Shown: positions 49,180-58,912 of the stretch, piece after piece
Layout: each line of letters begins with the position of its first letter
Numbering within the stretch: position 1 is the stretch's first letter
NCBI GenBank assembly: GCA_040905865.1
Contig: JBBDQU010000085.1
Coordinates: 48,295 to 112,294, forward strand
Source: Alphaproteobacteria bacterium
GTDB lineage: Bacteria > Pseudomonadota > Alphaproteobacteria > UBA8366 > GCA-2717185
DNA length: 64,000 bases
Direction: 5' to 3'
Translations under genes and position numbers: made by a program
Notes under the pieces: generated by a model
Databases searched by the model: none
The model's input: only the letters and a program-made list of their open reading frames with translations
What the model was told of the DNA's origin: nothing

Positions 49180-49208
49180 ATATAGGGACGTTCCAAATCG
49201 GGCGCAAG
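49180..49208 (-). promoter_or_regulatory. Sigma-32 (RpoH)-like promoter upstream of dnaK
   Basis: The minus strand reads CTTGCG-N16-CCTATAT, resembling the alphaproteobacterial heat-shock promoter pattern CTTG-N17-18-CYTATNT. It lies about 105 nt upstream of the dnaK ATG. Confidence 0.45.
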
Positions 49209-49449
49209 CCACCGGACGGCAGAAAATTCACCCTGCAATTATCGATCGGCGTTTTCAGGTTTTCCCGCCGGACGGAAACGCTGTATCCATTTGAAGCCGA
49301 GGGATGCAAGATCGGAACAAAAGGAAAAGCGTGCCATATTCTCCCTTTCGAAGTTCGCGCCGCACCCGTCAACATCCGGATGACAAGTTGCGCGGTCCAC
49401 AATCCAAAGCTATATGTTCCATAATTGTTCTATTTTCGTCTGCAAGCCC

Positions 49450-50319
49450 ATGATCGTATCCGCCAGTTACAGAACCGACATTCCGGCCTTTTACGGCGAC
49501 TGGTTCCTGCGGCGGCTGGCCGCGGGATCGTGCCGCGTGGCGAATCCTTATGGCGGCAGGCCCTATACGGTGTCCCTGACGCCGGAAGCCGTTGACGGAT
49601 TCGTGTTCTGGACGCGCAACCTGCGGCCCTTTTACCGGCATCTGGCCGCAATCGGCCGGAACTACCCCTTCATCGTGCAGTACACGATCACCGGCTATCC
49701 GCGTGCGCTGGAAACGGGAACCGTGGCCGCCAACCGCGCCATCGCCGACCTGCGGCGGCTGGCCCGTGATTTCGGGCCGCGGCGCGGGGTCTGGCGCTAT
49801 GACCCGGTCGTGGCCAGCGACCTGACGCCGCCGGACTGGCATCGTGAAAACTTCGCCCGCCTTGCCGGATCGCTGGCTGGTGCGGTGGATGAGGTCGTGA
49901 TGTCGTTCGCGCATGTCTATACGAAGACGAAGCGCAACCTGGACGCCGCGGCGGCGCGGAACCGTTTCATCTGGAGCGACCCGCCGGATGCGGAAAAACG
50001 GCGGCTCGCGGCGGATCTCGCCGTCATCGCGCGGGATCACGGCATGACAGCGGCGCTCTGCAGCCAGGATTCATACCGCGGCGAGGGCATCGCCGCCGCA
50101 AGCTGCATCGATGCCGCGCGGCTGGGCGATGTCGCGGGCCGGCCGGTCGCCGCCCGGATCCGCGGCAACCGCCCGGATTGCCTGTGCCATGAATCGCGCG
50201 ATATCGGCGCCTATGACAGCTGCGCGCAGGGCTGCGCCTACTGCTATGCTGTCCGCGATCCGGGCAAGACAAAGCAGCGCCTGGCCGCCCATGACCCGGC
50301 GCGACCGATGCTCGGATAA
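49450..50319 (+). CDS. DUF1848-family protein
   Basis: N-terminus MIVSASYRTDIPAFYGDWF..RL, plus a C-terminal Cys cluster CLCHESRDIGAYDSCAQGCAYCYA. Confidence 0.7.
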   Translation: MIVSASYRTDIPAFYGDWFLRRLAAGSCRVANPYGGRPYTVSLTPEAVDGFVFWTRNLRPFYRHLAAIGRNYPFIVQYTITGYPRALETGTVAANRAIADLRRLARDFGPRRGVWRYDPVVASDLTPPDWHRENFARLAGSLAGAVDEVVMSFAHVYTKTKRNLDAAAARNRFIWSDPPDAEKRRLAADLAVIARDHGMTAALCSQDSYRGEGIAAASCIDAARLGDVAGRPVAARIRGNRPDCLCHESRDIGAYDSCAQGCAYCYAVRDPGKTKQRLAAHDPARPMLG

Positions 50320-50333
50320 GCCCGCCGAAACCG

Positions 50334-50960
50334 TCAGGCGGTCGTATCGACGCGGGAGTCTTCAGGGTCGCCCTTGGCGACGCCGACCATGGCCGGGCGC
50401 AACAGGCGGTCATGCATGATGTAGCCTGGCTGCATCAGCTCGACGATGGTGCCGGCCGGCTTGTCCGTGCCCGGCACCTCGAACATCGCCTGGTGTTCCG
50501 CATGGTTGAATTTCTCGCCCAGCGGCAGGATCTGCCGGATGCCGTGTTTTTCAAACGCGTTCAGCAGTTCCTTTTCCGTCATCTCGACGCCGAGGACGAA
50601 ATTCCGAACCGCTTCGTCGCCTTCGCGCATTTCCGGCGGCACCGATTGCAGCGCGCGGCGCAGATTGTCGGCGGCGTTCAACAGGTCGCGCGCCAGCCCG
50701 CTGGCGCCGTAGCGCAGCGTATCGGATTTTTCGCGTTCCGCGCGGCGGCGGATATTTTCCATTTCCGCCAGGTTGCGCAGCGACCGGTCATTGGCCTCGG
50801 CCAGCGCCGCCGCCAGTTCGGCAATGCGCTCTTCCGGCGTCTTTTCCGCCGCGGCGGCTTCCACGGGCGGATCGGTTTCGGCCTTGCCGGCGCCCGTTGC
50901 GGGAGCGTCTTCCGCGCCGGTTTCCGGTTCGGCCGGGGTCTGCTTGTCGTCTTCTGTCAT
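50334..50960 (-). CDS. grpE: Nucleotide exchange factor GrpE
   Basis: ..LRNLAEMENIRRRAEREK.. and the C-terminal ..GY..HDRLLRPAMVGV. Start at ATG 50960. Confidence 0.95.
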   Translation of the reverse strand: MTEDDKQTPAEPETGAEDAPATGAGKAETDPPVEAAAAEKTPEERIAELAAALAEANDRSLRNLAEMENIRRRAEREKSDTLRYGASGLARDLLNAADNLRRALQSVPPEMREGDEAVRNFVLGVEMTEKELLNAFEKHGIRQILPLGEKFNHAEHQAMFEVPGTDKPAGTIVELMQPGYIMHDRLLRPAMVGVAKGDPEDSRVDTTA

Positions 50961-50979
50961 CAATTCTGGTCCTCGCCTG

Positions 50980-52017
50980 TCAGCCGACAATGCGGCTGAC
51001 GATTTTTGCCGTGTAATCCACCATGGGAATGATGCGGGCATAGTTCATGCGGGCCGGGCCCACAACCCCGATCGCCCCGACGATCTGTTCTTCGCTGTTG
51101 GAGAACGGCGCGATAATCACCGAACAGCCCGCCAGCGAAAACAGCTCGTTGTCGGCGCCGATGAAAATCTGCACGCCTTCGGCCTTGTCCGCCGCTTCCA
51201 TCAGGCGGAGCGCCGATTCCTTCGTATCCAGTTTCTGGAACAGCGCCCGGATATGTTCCAGGTCGGTCATGCCCTTCACGTCGTCCAGCAGGTTGGCCTG
51301 GCCGCGCACGATCAGCACCCCGCCGCCCTGCGCGCCCGATGACCAGGTCGCGAGCCCGGCCTCGACCACGTCGCGGGTCAGGGCATCGACTTCCGCGCGT
51401 TCCCTGGCGATTTCCCGCCGGATGATTTCCTGCGCCTCGCTCAGCGTGTGCCCCGCCACATGCGCCGTGTAGAAATTGCTGGCCTCGACCAGGCTGGACG
51501 CCGGCATGCCGACCGGCAGGTCGATCACGCGGTTTTCCACCAGCCCGTCCTGGCTGACGATCACCACCAGCGCCCGGCCCATGCCCAGGCCGACGAATTC
51601 GATATGCTTCAGCGCCGCTTCCTTCTTCGGCGCGACCACGAGCCCCGCGTAATGCGACAGGCCGGACAGCAGCGAGGAGGTTTCCTCCAGCATCTGGTTC
51701 AGCGTGCGGCCGGCGGTGACGCACTGGCTTTCGATATCGCGTCGCTGTTCCTCGGTCAGATTGCCGATTTCGAGGATGCCGTCGACAAAGAGCTGCAGCC
51801 CCGCATCGGTCGGCAGCCGCCCGGCGGAGGTATGCGGCGCATACAGCAGCCCGGATTCCTCCAGATCCGCCATGACATTACGGATCGTGGCCGGCGACAA
51901 CGAATTGTTGAGCTGGCGCGACAGCGACCGCGAACCGATCGGTTCGCCGGTTTCCACATAGGCTTCGACGACGAGGCGCAATACCTCGCGCGAGCGCTGG
52001 TTCAGGTCCGGTTCCAT
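50980..52017 (-). CDS. hrcA: Heat-inducible transcription repressor HrcA
   Basis: The N-terminal wHTH ..REVLRLVVEAYVETGEPIGSRSLS.. and full-length collinearity with HrcA. Located upstream of grpE. Confidence 0.95.
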   Translation of the reverse strand: MEPDLNQRSREVLRLVVEAYVETGEPIGSRSLSRQLNNSLSPATIRNVMADLEESGLLYAPHTSAGRLPTDAGLQLFVDGILEIGNLTEEQRRDIESQCVTAGRTLNQMLEETSSLLSGLSHYAGLVVAPKKEAALKHIEFVGLGMGRALVVIVSQDGLVENRVIDLPVGMPASSLVEASNFYTAHVAGHTLSEAQEIIRREIARERAEVDALTRDVVEAGLATWSSGAQGGGVLIVRGQANLLDDVKGMTDLEHIRALFQKLDTKESALRLMEAADKAEGVQIFIGADNELFSLAGCSVIIAPFSNSEEQIVGAIGVVGPARMNYARIIPMVDYTAKIVSRIVG

Positions 52018-52131
52018 GCTGGGGGGAATGTAGTGACGTTACCCGGCGCAATTCAAGGTTATCCGGTAATCGCCCCTCGCGTGCTGGACAGCGGAAGCCG
52101 CAGACAGTAGCGTCCGGCCACGTTTCAGCAA

Positions 52132-52860
52132 ATGAAAGAGCATGACATGGATCGACCATCGGGCCGCGCGCCCGACGCATTGCGCGCCATCACCCTGGAA
52201 ACCGGCTTTTCGAAGTATGCGGAAGGCTCCTGCATGACGAAATTCGGCGATACTCATGTCCTTTGCACGGCGAGTATCGAGGAGCGGGTTCCCCCCTTCC
52301 TGCGCAATACCGGCCGCGGCTGGGTGACGGCGGAATACGGCATGCTGCCGCGGTCGACGGATTCCCGCATGGACCGGCGCCGCGCCGCGGAATCCGGGCG
52401 GACACAGGAAATCCAGCGGCTGATCGGCCGCAGCCTGCGCGCTGTCACGGATATGGCAGGTTTCGGCGAACGCCAGATCCGGGTCGACTGCGACGTCATC
52501 CAGGCCGATGGCGGCACGCGCACGGCCGCGATCACCGGCGGCTATGTCGCGCTGTATCTCGCCTTCCGGCACATGCAGTCGCTGAAAGCGATCGGGGACA
52601 TTCCGCTGAAGGACGCGGTGGCCGCGATTTCCTGCGGGTTGTGGGAAGGTACGCCGGTGCTGGATCTGGATTATGCGGAGGATTCCACCGCGCAGGCCGA
52701 TTCCAACTTCGTCTTCACCGGCGCCGGCGGCATCGTCGAGGTGCAGGGCACGGCCGAAGGCGATCCGTTCTCGCAGGATGAATTCCTGTCGCTGATGGGG
52801 CTGGCGCGCAAGGGCGTGCATGAGCTGGTCGCGAAGCAGAACGCGGCGCTCGGGCTCTGA
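52132..52860 (+). CDS. rph: Ribonuclease PH
   Basis: ..[34 protein letters not shown].. and ..[17 protein letters not shown]... The start may be the Met at 52147. Confidence 0.96.
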   Translation: MKEHDMDRPSGRAPDALRAITLETGFSKYAEGSCMTKFGDTHVLCTASIEERVPPFLRNTGRGWVTAEYGMLPRSTDSRMDRRRAAESGRTQEIQRLIGRSLRAVTDMAGFGERQIRVDCDVIQADGGTRTAAITGGYVALYLAFRHMQSLKAIGDIPLKDAVAAISCGLWEGTPVLDLDYAEDSTAQADSNFVFTGAGGIVEVQGTAEGDPFSQDEFLSLMGLARKGVHELVAKQNAALGL

Positions 52861-52865
52861 CAGCC

Positions 52866-53468
52866 ATGGCGCGGCATTTCGACGGCGGCAGGCTGGTCAT
52901 CGCCAGCCATAATCCCGGCAAGGTCCGGGAGATCGGCGCGTTGCTGGCGCCTTTCGATGCCGACGTCGTTTCCGCCGGGGATCTCGGCCTGCCGGAGCCG
53001 GTGGAGGATGGCGACAGCTTTATCGCCAATGCGGTCATCAAGGCGAAAGCGGCGGCGGAAGGATCCGGCCTGCCCGCGCTGGCCGATGATTCCGGCCTCG
53101 CGGTGACGGCGCTGAACGGCGATCCGGGCATCTATTCGGCCCGCTGGGCCGGCCCGGAAAAGGATTTCGGCCTAGCGATGACGAAGGTCGAAAAGGCGCT
53201 GGGCGACGCCGCCGACCGCAGCGCGCATTTCGTCTGCGCGCTGGCGCTGGCCTGGCCGGACGGGCATGTGGAAACGTTCGAAGGCACGGTATCCGGCGCA
53301 CTGGTATGGCCCCCGCGCGGCACCAGGGGTTTCGGCTACGACCCGATTTTCCTGCCTGACGGCGAAACCGAAGCCTTCGGCGAAATGGACCCCGACCGCA
53401 AACACGCGATCAGCCACCGCGCCGACGCCTTCCGCAAGCTGGTCGCGGGCTGTTTCGCCGGGAAATAG
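52866..53468 (+). CDS. rdgB: dITP/XTP pyrophosphatase (RdgB/HAM1)
   Basis: ..[11 protein letters not shown].., ..EDGDSF..NA.IKA.., ..GFGYDPIF.P..., ..SHR..A... Confidence 0.93.
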   Translation: MARHFDGGRLVIASHNPGKVREIGALLAPFDADVVSAGDLGLPEPVEDGDSFIANAVIKAKAAAEGSGLPALADDSGLAVTALNGDPGIYSARWAGPEKDFGLAMTKVEKALGDAADRSAHFVCALALAWPDGHVETFEGTVSGALVWPPRGTRGFGYDPIFLPDGETEAFGEMDPDRKHAISHRADAFRKLVAGCFAGK

Positions 53469-53475
53469 GACGGTG

Positions 53476-54636
53476 ATGGACCGATCCGGACACCCGCTGG
53501 CGCTCTATATCCACTGGCCGTTCTGCCTGTCGAAATGTCCGTATTGCGACTTCAACAGCCATGTGCGGGAGTCCATCGACGAGGCGCACTGGCGCACCGC
53601 GCTGCTGACCGAACTGGACAGCACCGCGCGGGAATTGCCCGGACGAACGATCACCAGTATTTTCTTCGGCGGCGGCACGCCATCGCTGATGAACCCGGCA
53701 ACGGTCGCGGCGCTGCTGGATCGCGCCGCGAAACACTGGGTGCTGGCGCCCGATGCGGAAATCACGCTTGAGGCCAACCCGACCTCGGTGGAGCAGGCGC
53801 GGCTGGCCGATATCCGCGCCGCCGGCGTCAACCGGGTGTCGCTGGGCGTGCAGGCGCTGGACGACCGGGCGCTGAAATTCCTCGGCCGCGGACACAGCGC
53901 CGCCGAAGCGCTGGCCGCCGTCGAAAGCGCGGCGCGGCTGTTCGACCGGTTTTCCTTCGACCTGATCTATGGCCGCCCGGAACAGACAACTGCCGGATGG
54001 TCACAAGAACTGCGCCGGGCGCTGACCTGGTCGGCGGACCATCTGTCCGTATATCAGCTGACGCTGGAAACCGGCACGCCGTTCCACGACCTGTGGCGGC
54101 AGGGCAGGCTGACGCCGCTGGAGGAGGAGCCGGCCGCCGCACTATACGAGGTCACGCAGGATATCCTCGAAGCCGCCGGCATGCCCGCCTATGAAGTGTC
54201 GAACCACGCCCGGCCGGGCGGCGAGAGCCGGCATAACCTGACCTACTGGCGCTACGGCGATTACGCCGGGATCGGCCCGGGCGCGCATGGGCGGCTGACC
54301 CTGGACGGACAGCGCACCGGGACGCAGCGGGTGCGCAGCCCCGACGCCTGGCTGCGGCAGGTCGACGAGAAGGGCGAGGGCATGGAATCGCGGGAACGGC
54401 TGGATCCGGGAACGCAGTTGGACGAGGCCGTGCTGATGGGGTTGCGCCTGGCCGAGGGGATTCCGGAGAGCCGGTTGCGCGGCATTACCGGGCGCGGCTT
54501 CGATGATTCCCTCAACCCTGCAAGGCTGGCGGCGCTGACCGAGGGCGGATTTCTGGTCCGGCACGATGGATGGCTGCGGGCGACGCCGGCGGGACGCACG
54601 CGGCTGAACGCCGTCATCGCGCATCTGATGGCCTGA
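53476..54636 (+). CDS. hemW: Radical SAM heme chaperone HemW (HemN-like, oxygen-independent coproporphyrinogen oxidase family)
   Basis: LYIHWPFCLSKCPYCDFNS (CxxxCxxC) and ..IFFGGGTPS... Start at ATG 53476, in frame in ORF 53266. Confidence 0.9.
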   Translation: MDRSGHPLALYIHWPFCLSKCPYCDFNSHVRESIDEAHWRTALLTELDSTARELPGRTITSIFFGGGTPSLMNPATVAALLDRAAKHWVLAPDAEITLEANPTSVEQARLADIRAAGVNRVSLGVQALDDRALKFLGRGHSAAEALAAVESAARLFDRFSFDLIYGRPEQTTAGWSQELRRALTWSADHLSVYQLTLETGTPFHDLWRQGRLTPLEEEPAAALYEVTQDILEAAGMPAYEVSNHARPGGESRHNLTYWRYGDYAGIGPGAHGRLTLDGQRTGTQRVRSPDAWLRQVDEKGEGMESRERLDPGTQLDEAVLMGLRLAEGIPESRLRGITGRGFDDSLNPARLAALTEGGFLVRHDGWLRATPAGRTRLNAVIAHLMA

Positions 54637-54644
54637 GCCCCGTA

Positions 54645-56054
54645 TCAGTTGGTCAGCGGCGTAAAGCTGGTCGGCGCCGAACGGCGCACGTTCACCCCGT
54701 CCCGGGTCACCTCGTAGATCGCAAATACGCGTTCCGCGATGCCGTCCGGGTTCAGCCGGAAGATACCGTCGACTCCCAGAAACCCGTTCGGGTCCATCAG
54801 GGCCCGGGCGGAATAGTCCGGTCCGTCCTCGGCCTGTCCCAGGATGGCGGCCAGCGCCGTCGCGTCATAGGCCAGGGTCGCAAGGCGCGGCGGCGTCCGC
54901 CCGAAGGCGCGTTTGAACCGGTCGTTGAAACGGTCGCGCTCCTCAACCGGCGACCCGGCGAACCATGCCCCGATCAGTGCCGGCTCGCTGCCGAGATTGG
55001 GGATCAGGTCCCAGGAGCGCAGGCCCAGAAGTTTCACGGCCGGAACATCGATGTCGAAATACGACAGCAGCGCCGACATCGTGCGCAGCCGCTCACCGCT
55101 TTCCGGCAGGACCAGCGCGTCAAAAGGCGGTTCGCCGATGGTGTCCACCCGCTCCAGCCGGCGCAGGGCCTGCCGGGAAACTTCATCGTTTTTTCCGGCG
55201 AGCGCCCGGCGCTGCGCAAGCAGCGCGCTGTGACGGTTGGCGTAGCCGGAAAAATCCCTTACCAGGTCCGTGTAATCGTTCGCCGCGGTATCGTATAAAC
55301 GGATCCGGACCAGCGCCGCGCCGCGCCGCTGCGCCGACTCGCGAACCGCGTCGACCACCGAATGACCGTAACTGTCGTCCGGGACAAGCGCCGCAAAGCG
55401 GGCCGCGCCTTCGCTCGCGGCATAACCGACCACCGCCTCGACCTGCTGGCGCGGTACGAAGCCGAGGATAAAGACGCCGTCGCCGGCGACCTCGTGCGAA
55501 TTGGAGAATGAAATGACCTGGACCCCCGCGGCCCGGGCAACGGGTGCGACGGCCAGCACCGACCCCGCGGTCAGCGGGCCGAGGATAAGCCGGGCATTGT
55601 GCCCGATCGCCATGGCGGCGGCCTGGCGCGCGCCCTGGTCCGTGCCGCCCGTATCGAACGGCATCAGCACGAAATTATCCCCCGCGAGTTCGAACATCGA
55701 CAGCTGCGCCGCATCGAGCATCGCCTTTCCCAGCGCCGCGTGCGCCCCGGTCAACGGCAGCAGGATCGCGACCCGTACTTCCGCCGGCGCCGAGAGGTCA
55801 ATCACGGGTGCGCCCGGGTGCGCCGGTGTCGCCCCTGAGGCGGCCGGCGCCGACGCAGCGCCCGCATTTTCCGGTGACGCCGCCGGGTTTGACGCATTCG
55901 ATTCGACTTGCCCGGTGGACGGTTCGAATTTGCGGAACTGTCCTTCTTCTTTTACGGTGGTACCCGCACAACCGGTAACGCCGAACAGTATGAGAACGGC
56001 AACGCACAGCCATGATCCTGCCGTGCCGCGAACCGGAGGAACCCGCCGCGACAT
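54645..56054 (-). CDS. LpoA-like penicillin-binding-protein activator / periplasmic-binding-fold lipoprotein
   Basis: Lipobox LFGVTGC after ATG 56054, then an Ala/Pro-rich linker and a type-I periplasmic-binding-like domain. It is divergent from rsmI as lpoA is in E. coli. Confidence 0.7.
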   Translation of the reverse strand: MSRRVPPVRGTAGSWLCVAVLILFGVTGCAGTTVKEEGQFRKFEPSTGQVESNASNPAASPENAGAASAPAASGATPAHPGAPVIDLSAPAEVRVAILLPLTGAHAALGKAMLDAAQLSMFELAGDNFVLMPFDTGGTDQGARQAAAMAIGHNARLILGPLTAGSVLAVAPVARAAGVQVISFSNSHEVAGDGVFILGFVPRQQVEAVVGYAASEGAARFAALVPDDSYGHSVVDAVRESAQRRGAALVRIRLYDTAANDYTDLVRDFSGYANRHSALLAQRRALAGKNDEVSRQALRRLERVDTIGEPPFDALVLPESGERLRTMSALLSYFDIDVPAVKLLGLRSWDLIPNLGSEPALIGAWFAGSPVEERDRFNDRFKRAFGRTPPRLATLAYDATALAAILGQAEDGPDYSARALMDPNGFLGVDGIFRLNPDGIAERVFAIYEVTRDGVNVRRSAPTSFTPLTN

Positions 56055-56082
56055 GCGGCATTTCTGATCTGGCTGGGAACTC

Positions 56083-56967
56083 ATGATGGCGGACACTAAC
56101 GAGCCTCCGATTGGAAGTAAACCAGCGCCTGCGCTGGATCCCGGCCTGTACATCGTCGCAACGCCGATCGGCAATCTGCGCGATATCACCTACCGCGCGG
56201 TCGACACCCTGAAGGCGGCGGACCGGATCGCCTGCGAGGATACCCGCGTCACCGCGAAACTGCTGCACGCGCACGACATACAAACCGCGATGACCGCATA
56301 TCACGAGCACAATGCGGCAAAAGTACGGCCGAAACTGATCCGGCAGTTGCAGGAGGGCGGGCGCATCGCCCTGGTCAGCGATGCGGGTACGCCGCTGATT
56401 TCCGACCCCGGCTACCGGCTGGTGACCGAAGCCGTCGCGGCCGGCATCGCGGTAACCGCCATTCCCGGCGCCAGCGCGACGCTTGCGGCGCTGGCGTCCG
56501 CCGGCCTGCCGACCGACCGGTTCCTGTTTGCCGGTTTCCTGCCGCCCCGCAGCGGGCAGCGGCGGACCGCGTTGCGGCCGCTTGCGGGCATTGGCGCGAC
56601 GCTGGTTTTTTTCGAATCGCCGCGGCGGTTCGCGGCGGCGCTGCGCGACATGCGGACCGTCCTGGGGCCGCGCCAGGCCGCCATCGCGCGCGAACTGACC
56701 AAGCGGTACGAGGAAATCCGCCGCGGTTCGCTGGACGATCTGATCCGGTACTACGAATCCAGCGAACCGCCGCCGGGCGAGGCCGTCATCGTCGTCGGAC
56801 CGCCAGGCGCGGACGCGGCGGAAGACGCGCCGGATATCGACGCCCTGTTGCGGCGGGCCTTGCAGGACATGAGCCTGCGCGACGCGGCGGCGACCGTTGC
56901 CGAGGCAACCGGTTCGTCCCGGCGCGAGGTCTATGCCAGGGCGCTTGCCCTGAACCTTGACAAATGA
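56083..56967 (+). CDS. rsmI: 16S rRNA (cytidine1402-2'-O)-methyltransferase
   Basis: ..LYIVATPIGNLRDIT.RA...L...D.IACEDTR.., ..SDAGTPLISDPG.. (tetrapyrrole-methylase-like RsmI). Confidence 0.93.
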   Translation: MMADTNEPPIGSKPAPALDPGLYIVATPIGNLRDITYRAVDTLKAADRIACEDTRVTAKLLHAHDIQTAMTAYHEHNAAKVRPKLIRQLQEGGRIALVSDAGTPLISDPGYRLVTEAVAAGIAVTAIPGASATLAALASAGLPTDRFLFAGFLPPRSGQRRTALRPLAGIGATLVFFESPRRFAAALRDMRTVLGPRQAAIARELTKRYEEIRRGSLDDLIRYYESSEPPPGEAVIVVGPPGADAAEDAPDIDALLRRALQDMSLRDAAATVAEATGSSRREVYARALALNLDK

Positions 56968-57335
56968 CGCCGGCGCGCCGCCGCGAGGCATGGCGTCGCG
57001 GACATGTCGCCGAAATACTGTGCATGGCATGGCTGGTCCTGCGGGGCTACCGGATCGTCGGCCGGCGGCGGCGTACCCCGGTCGGCGAAATCGACCTTGT
57101 CGCGCGGCGCGGCCGGACCCTGGCGATCATCGAGGTGAAGGCGCGGCGGAACCGCGACGACGCGCTCGAATCGGTCTCTCCACGCCAGCGCCACCGGCTG
57201 CGACGCGCCGCGGAATGGCTGATCGCCGGGCGGGCCGACCTGGCGGCGCTGGATATCCGTTTCGACGTGATCGCCGTTGCCCCCTGGCGGGCGCCGAAAC
57301 ATGTGATTGGCGCTTGGCGTCCGGACAACGGTTAA
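56964..57335 (+). CDS. yraN: YraN-family (UPF0102) endonuclease-like protein
   Basis: ..GEIDLVARRG.TLAIIEVKAR.. core motif. 4-nt overlap with rsmI. Confidence 0.88.
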   Translation: MTPARRREAWRRGHVAEILCMAWLVLRGYRIVGRRRRTPVGEIDLVARRGRTLAIIEVKARRNRDDALESVSPRQRHRLRRAAEWLIAGRADLAALDIRFDVIAVAPWRAPKHVIGAWRPDNG

Positions 57336-57348
57336 GTAGATAGATGCC

Positions 57349-57978
57349 ATGCGGACACATGACGACAGGAATGGTCACAACCGGACTGCAGGCGCCCGGA
57401 CCGCCGCGATGGCGGGAATCGTCATGCTGGCCCTCACCCTGTCCGGATGCGTCAGCCTCGCCGTCGGCGCGGGAGCGACCGCCGGCACCGCCGCGATGCA
57501 GGAGCGTGGCCTCGGCGGCGCCATCGACGATACGGTCATCAATGGCAGGATCGCGGCAGCGTTCATCGAACACGGCGTCAGCCTGCGGGACATCAGCATC
57601 GAGGTTCATCTGGGCGAGGTGCTGTTGACGGGCACGGTCCCGAAGATTGCCGACCGGGTGACTGCCGTACGGCACGCCTGGCAGGTCGACGGCGTGAAAA
57701 CGGTCATCAATGAAATCCAGATCGCCGACAGCAGCGACATCCTGGATATCGCGCGGGACACATGGGTCAGTGCGCAGCTTCGGCTGCGGCTGACCTTCGA
57801 CGGCAGGGTGCGGGCGATCAACTATGCCGTGGATACGGTCAACGGCACCGTCTATCTGATGGGTATCGCGCAAAGCAAGGCGGAACTGGAGCGGGTCCGG
57901 GACCACGCCCGGGAACTCAAATATGTCCGTCGCATCATCAGCCATGTCCGGATCAAATCAGCGGAAACAATGGGTTAG
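57349..57978 (+). CDS. Dual-BON-domain lipoprotein (DolP/YraP-like)
   Basis: Lipobox LTLSGC and two BON-like repeats (..I.VEVHLGEVLLTGTV.., ..VDTVNGTVYLMGIA..). Confidence 0.8.
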   Translation: MRTHDDRNGHNRTAGARTAAMAGIVMLALTLSGCVSLAVGAGATAGTAAMQERGLGGAIDDTVINGRIAAAFIEHGVSLRDISIEVHLGEVLLTGTVPKIADRVTAVRHAWQVDGVKTVINEIQIADSSDILDIARDTWVSAQLRLRLTFDGRVRAINYAVDTVNGTVYLMGIAQSKAELERVRDHARELKYVRRIISHVRIKSAETMG

Positions 57979-57985
57979 ACGGCGA

Positions 57986-58813
57986 ATGGAACGCAAGCAA
58001 GCAGAACGGATCCTGCGCGAGGTCGGCGCTTCCGACGGCGCCGCCGTCGACATTGCGGGCGCTGCGCTGGCGCTGGCGTCGTTCGACCGGCCACGCGTCG
58101 GACTGGACCGCTATCACCAGCATCTCGCGGCGCTGGCGTCGGATGTCGGCCGTGCGGCGGGCGGCGCCGACAGCCTGTCGGAACGGCTGGATGCGATGAA
58201 TACGACGCTGGTATCCCAGTACGGCTATTCGGGCGACGCGCTGAATTACGACGACATGCAGAATGCGAACCTGATGCGGGTCATCGACCGGCGCAAGGGC
58301 CTGCCGGTCGCACTGGGTATCCTGTACATCCATGTCGCCCGCGCGCAGGCCTGGCCGATCACGGGCCTTGCCTTTCCCGGCCATTTCCTGCTGCGGCTGG
58401 ATGGCGGCAACGCCAGGCTTGTGATCGATCCGTTTCACGGCGGCACGCCGCTGGAACCGCATAACCTGCGCGACATGCTGAAATCCATGACCGGCAGCGA
58501 CGCGGAACTGCTGCCCGAACATTACGCCCCGGTGAGCGACCGCGACGTCCTGATCCGGTTGCAGAACAATATCAAGCTGCGCAAGATCCAGAACAACGAC
58601 GCCGAGGGGGCCTGCGCCATCGTCGACAGCATGCTGCTTCTGGCGCCGGGCGAACCGGCCCTGTGGCGGGAATCCGGCCTGCTGAACGCCAAGGCGAGCC
58701 GCTTTCAGGCGGCCATGAACGCCCTCGAGACATTCCTGACCTTCGATGTCGGGCAGGCCGCCCGGATCGAGGCCGCTTCCCTGCTGCAACAGATTCGCGA
58801 ACGGCTGAACTGA
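57986..58813 (+). CDS. SirB1-like protein (transglutaminase-like N-domain plus TPR-like C-domain)
   Basis: ..YGYSGD...YDD..NANLMRVIDRRKGLPVALGILY..VAR.......G..FPGHFLLR.. is typical of the UPF0162/SirB1 family. Start at ATG 57986. Confidence 0.75.
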   Translation: MERKQAERILREVGASDGAAVDIAGAALALASFDRPRVGLDRYHQHLAALASDVGRAAGGADSLSERLDAMNTTLVSQYGYSGDALNYDDMQNANLMRVIDRRKGLPVALGILYIHVARAQAWPITGLAFPGHFLLRLDGGNARLVIDPFHGGTPLEPHNLRDMLKSMTGSDAELLPEHYAPVSDRDVLIRLQNNIKLRKIQNNDAEGACAIVDSMLLLAPGEPALWRESGLLNAKASRFQAAMNALETFLTFDVGQAARIEAASLLQQIRERLN

Positions 58814-58912
58814 CGGGCTGGGCGGCGCCGGGCGGCGTCGCTATGATGCCCGCCGTCCGCACGAAGTCAAACTACGCGGGATTCCGGATCGGGTTACAAG
58901 GGGGAGCCGAAC

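Noticed and set aside
52018-52131. I looked for a CIRCE operator (TTAGCACTC-N9-GAGTGCTAA) upstream of hrcA, and also upstream of dnaK and grpE.
   Set aside because: No match or near-match was seen in these spacers. CIRCE in this group usually sits at groES, which is not in the window.
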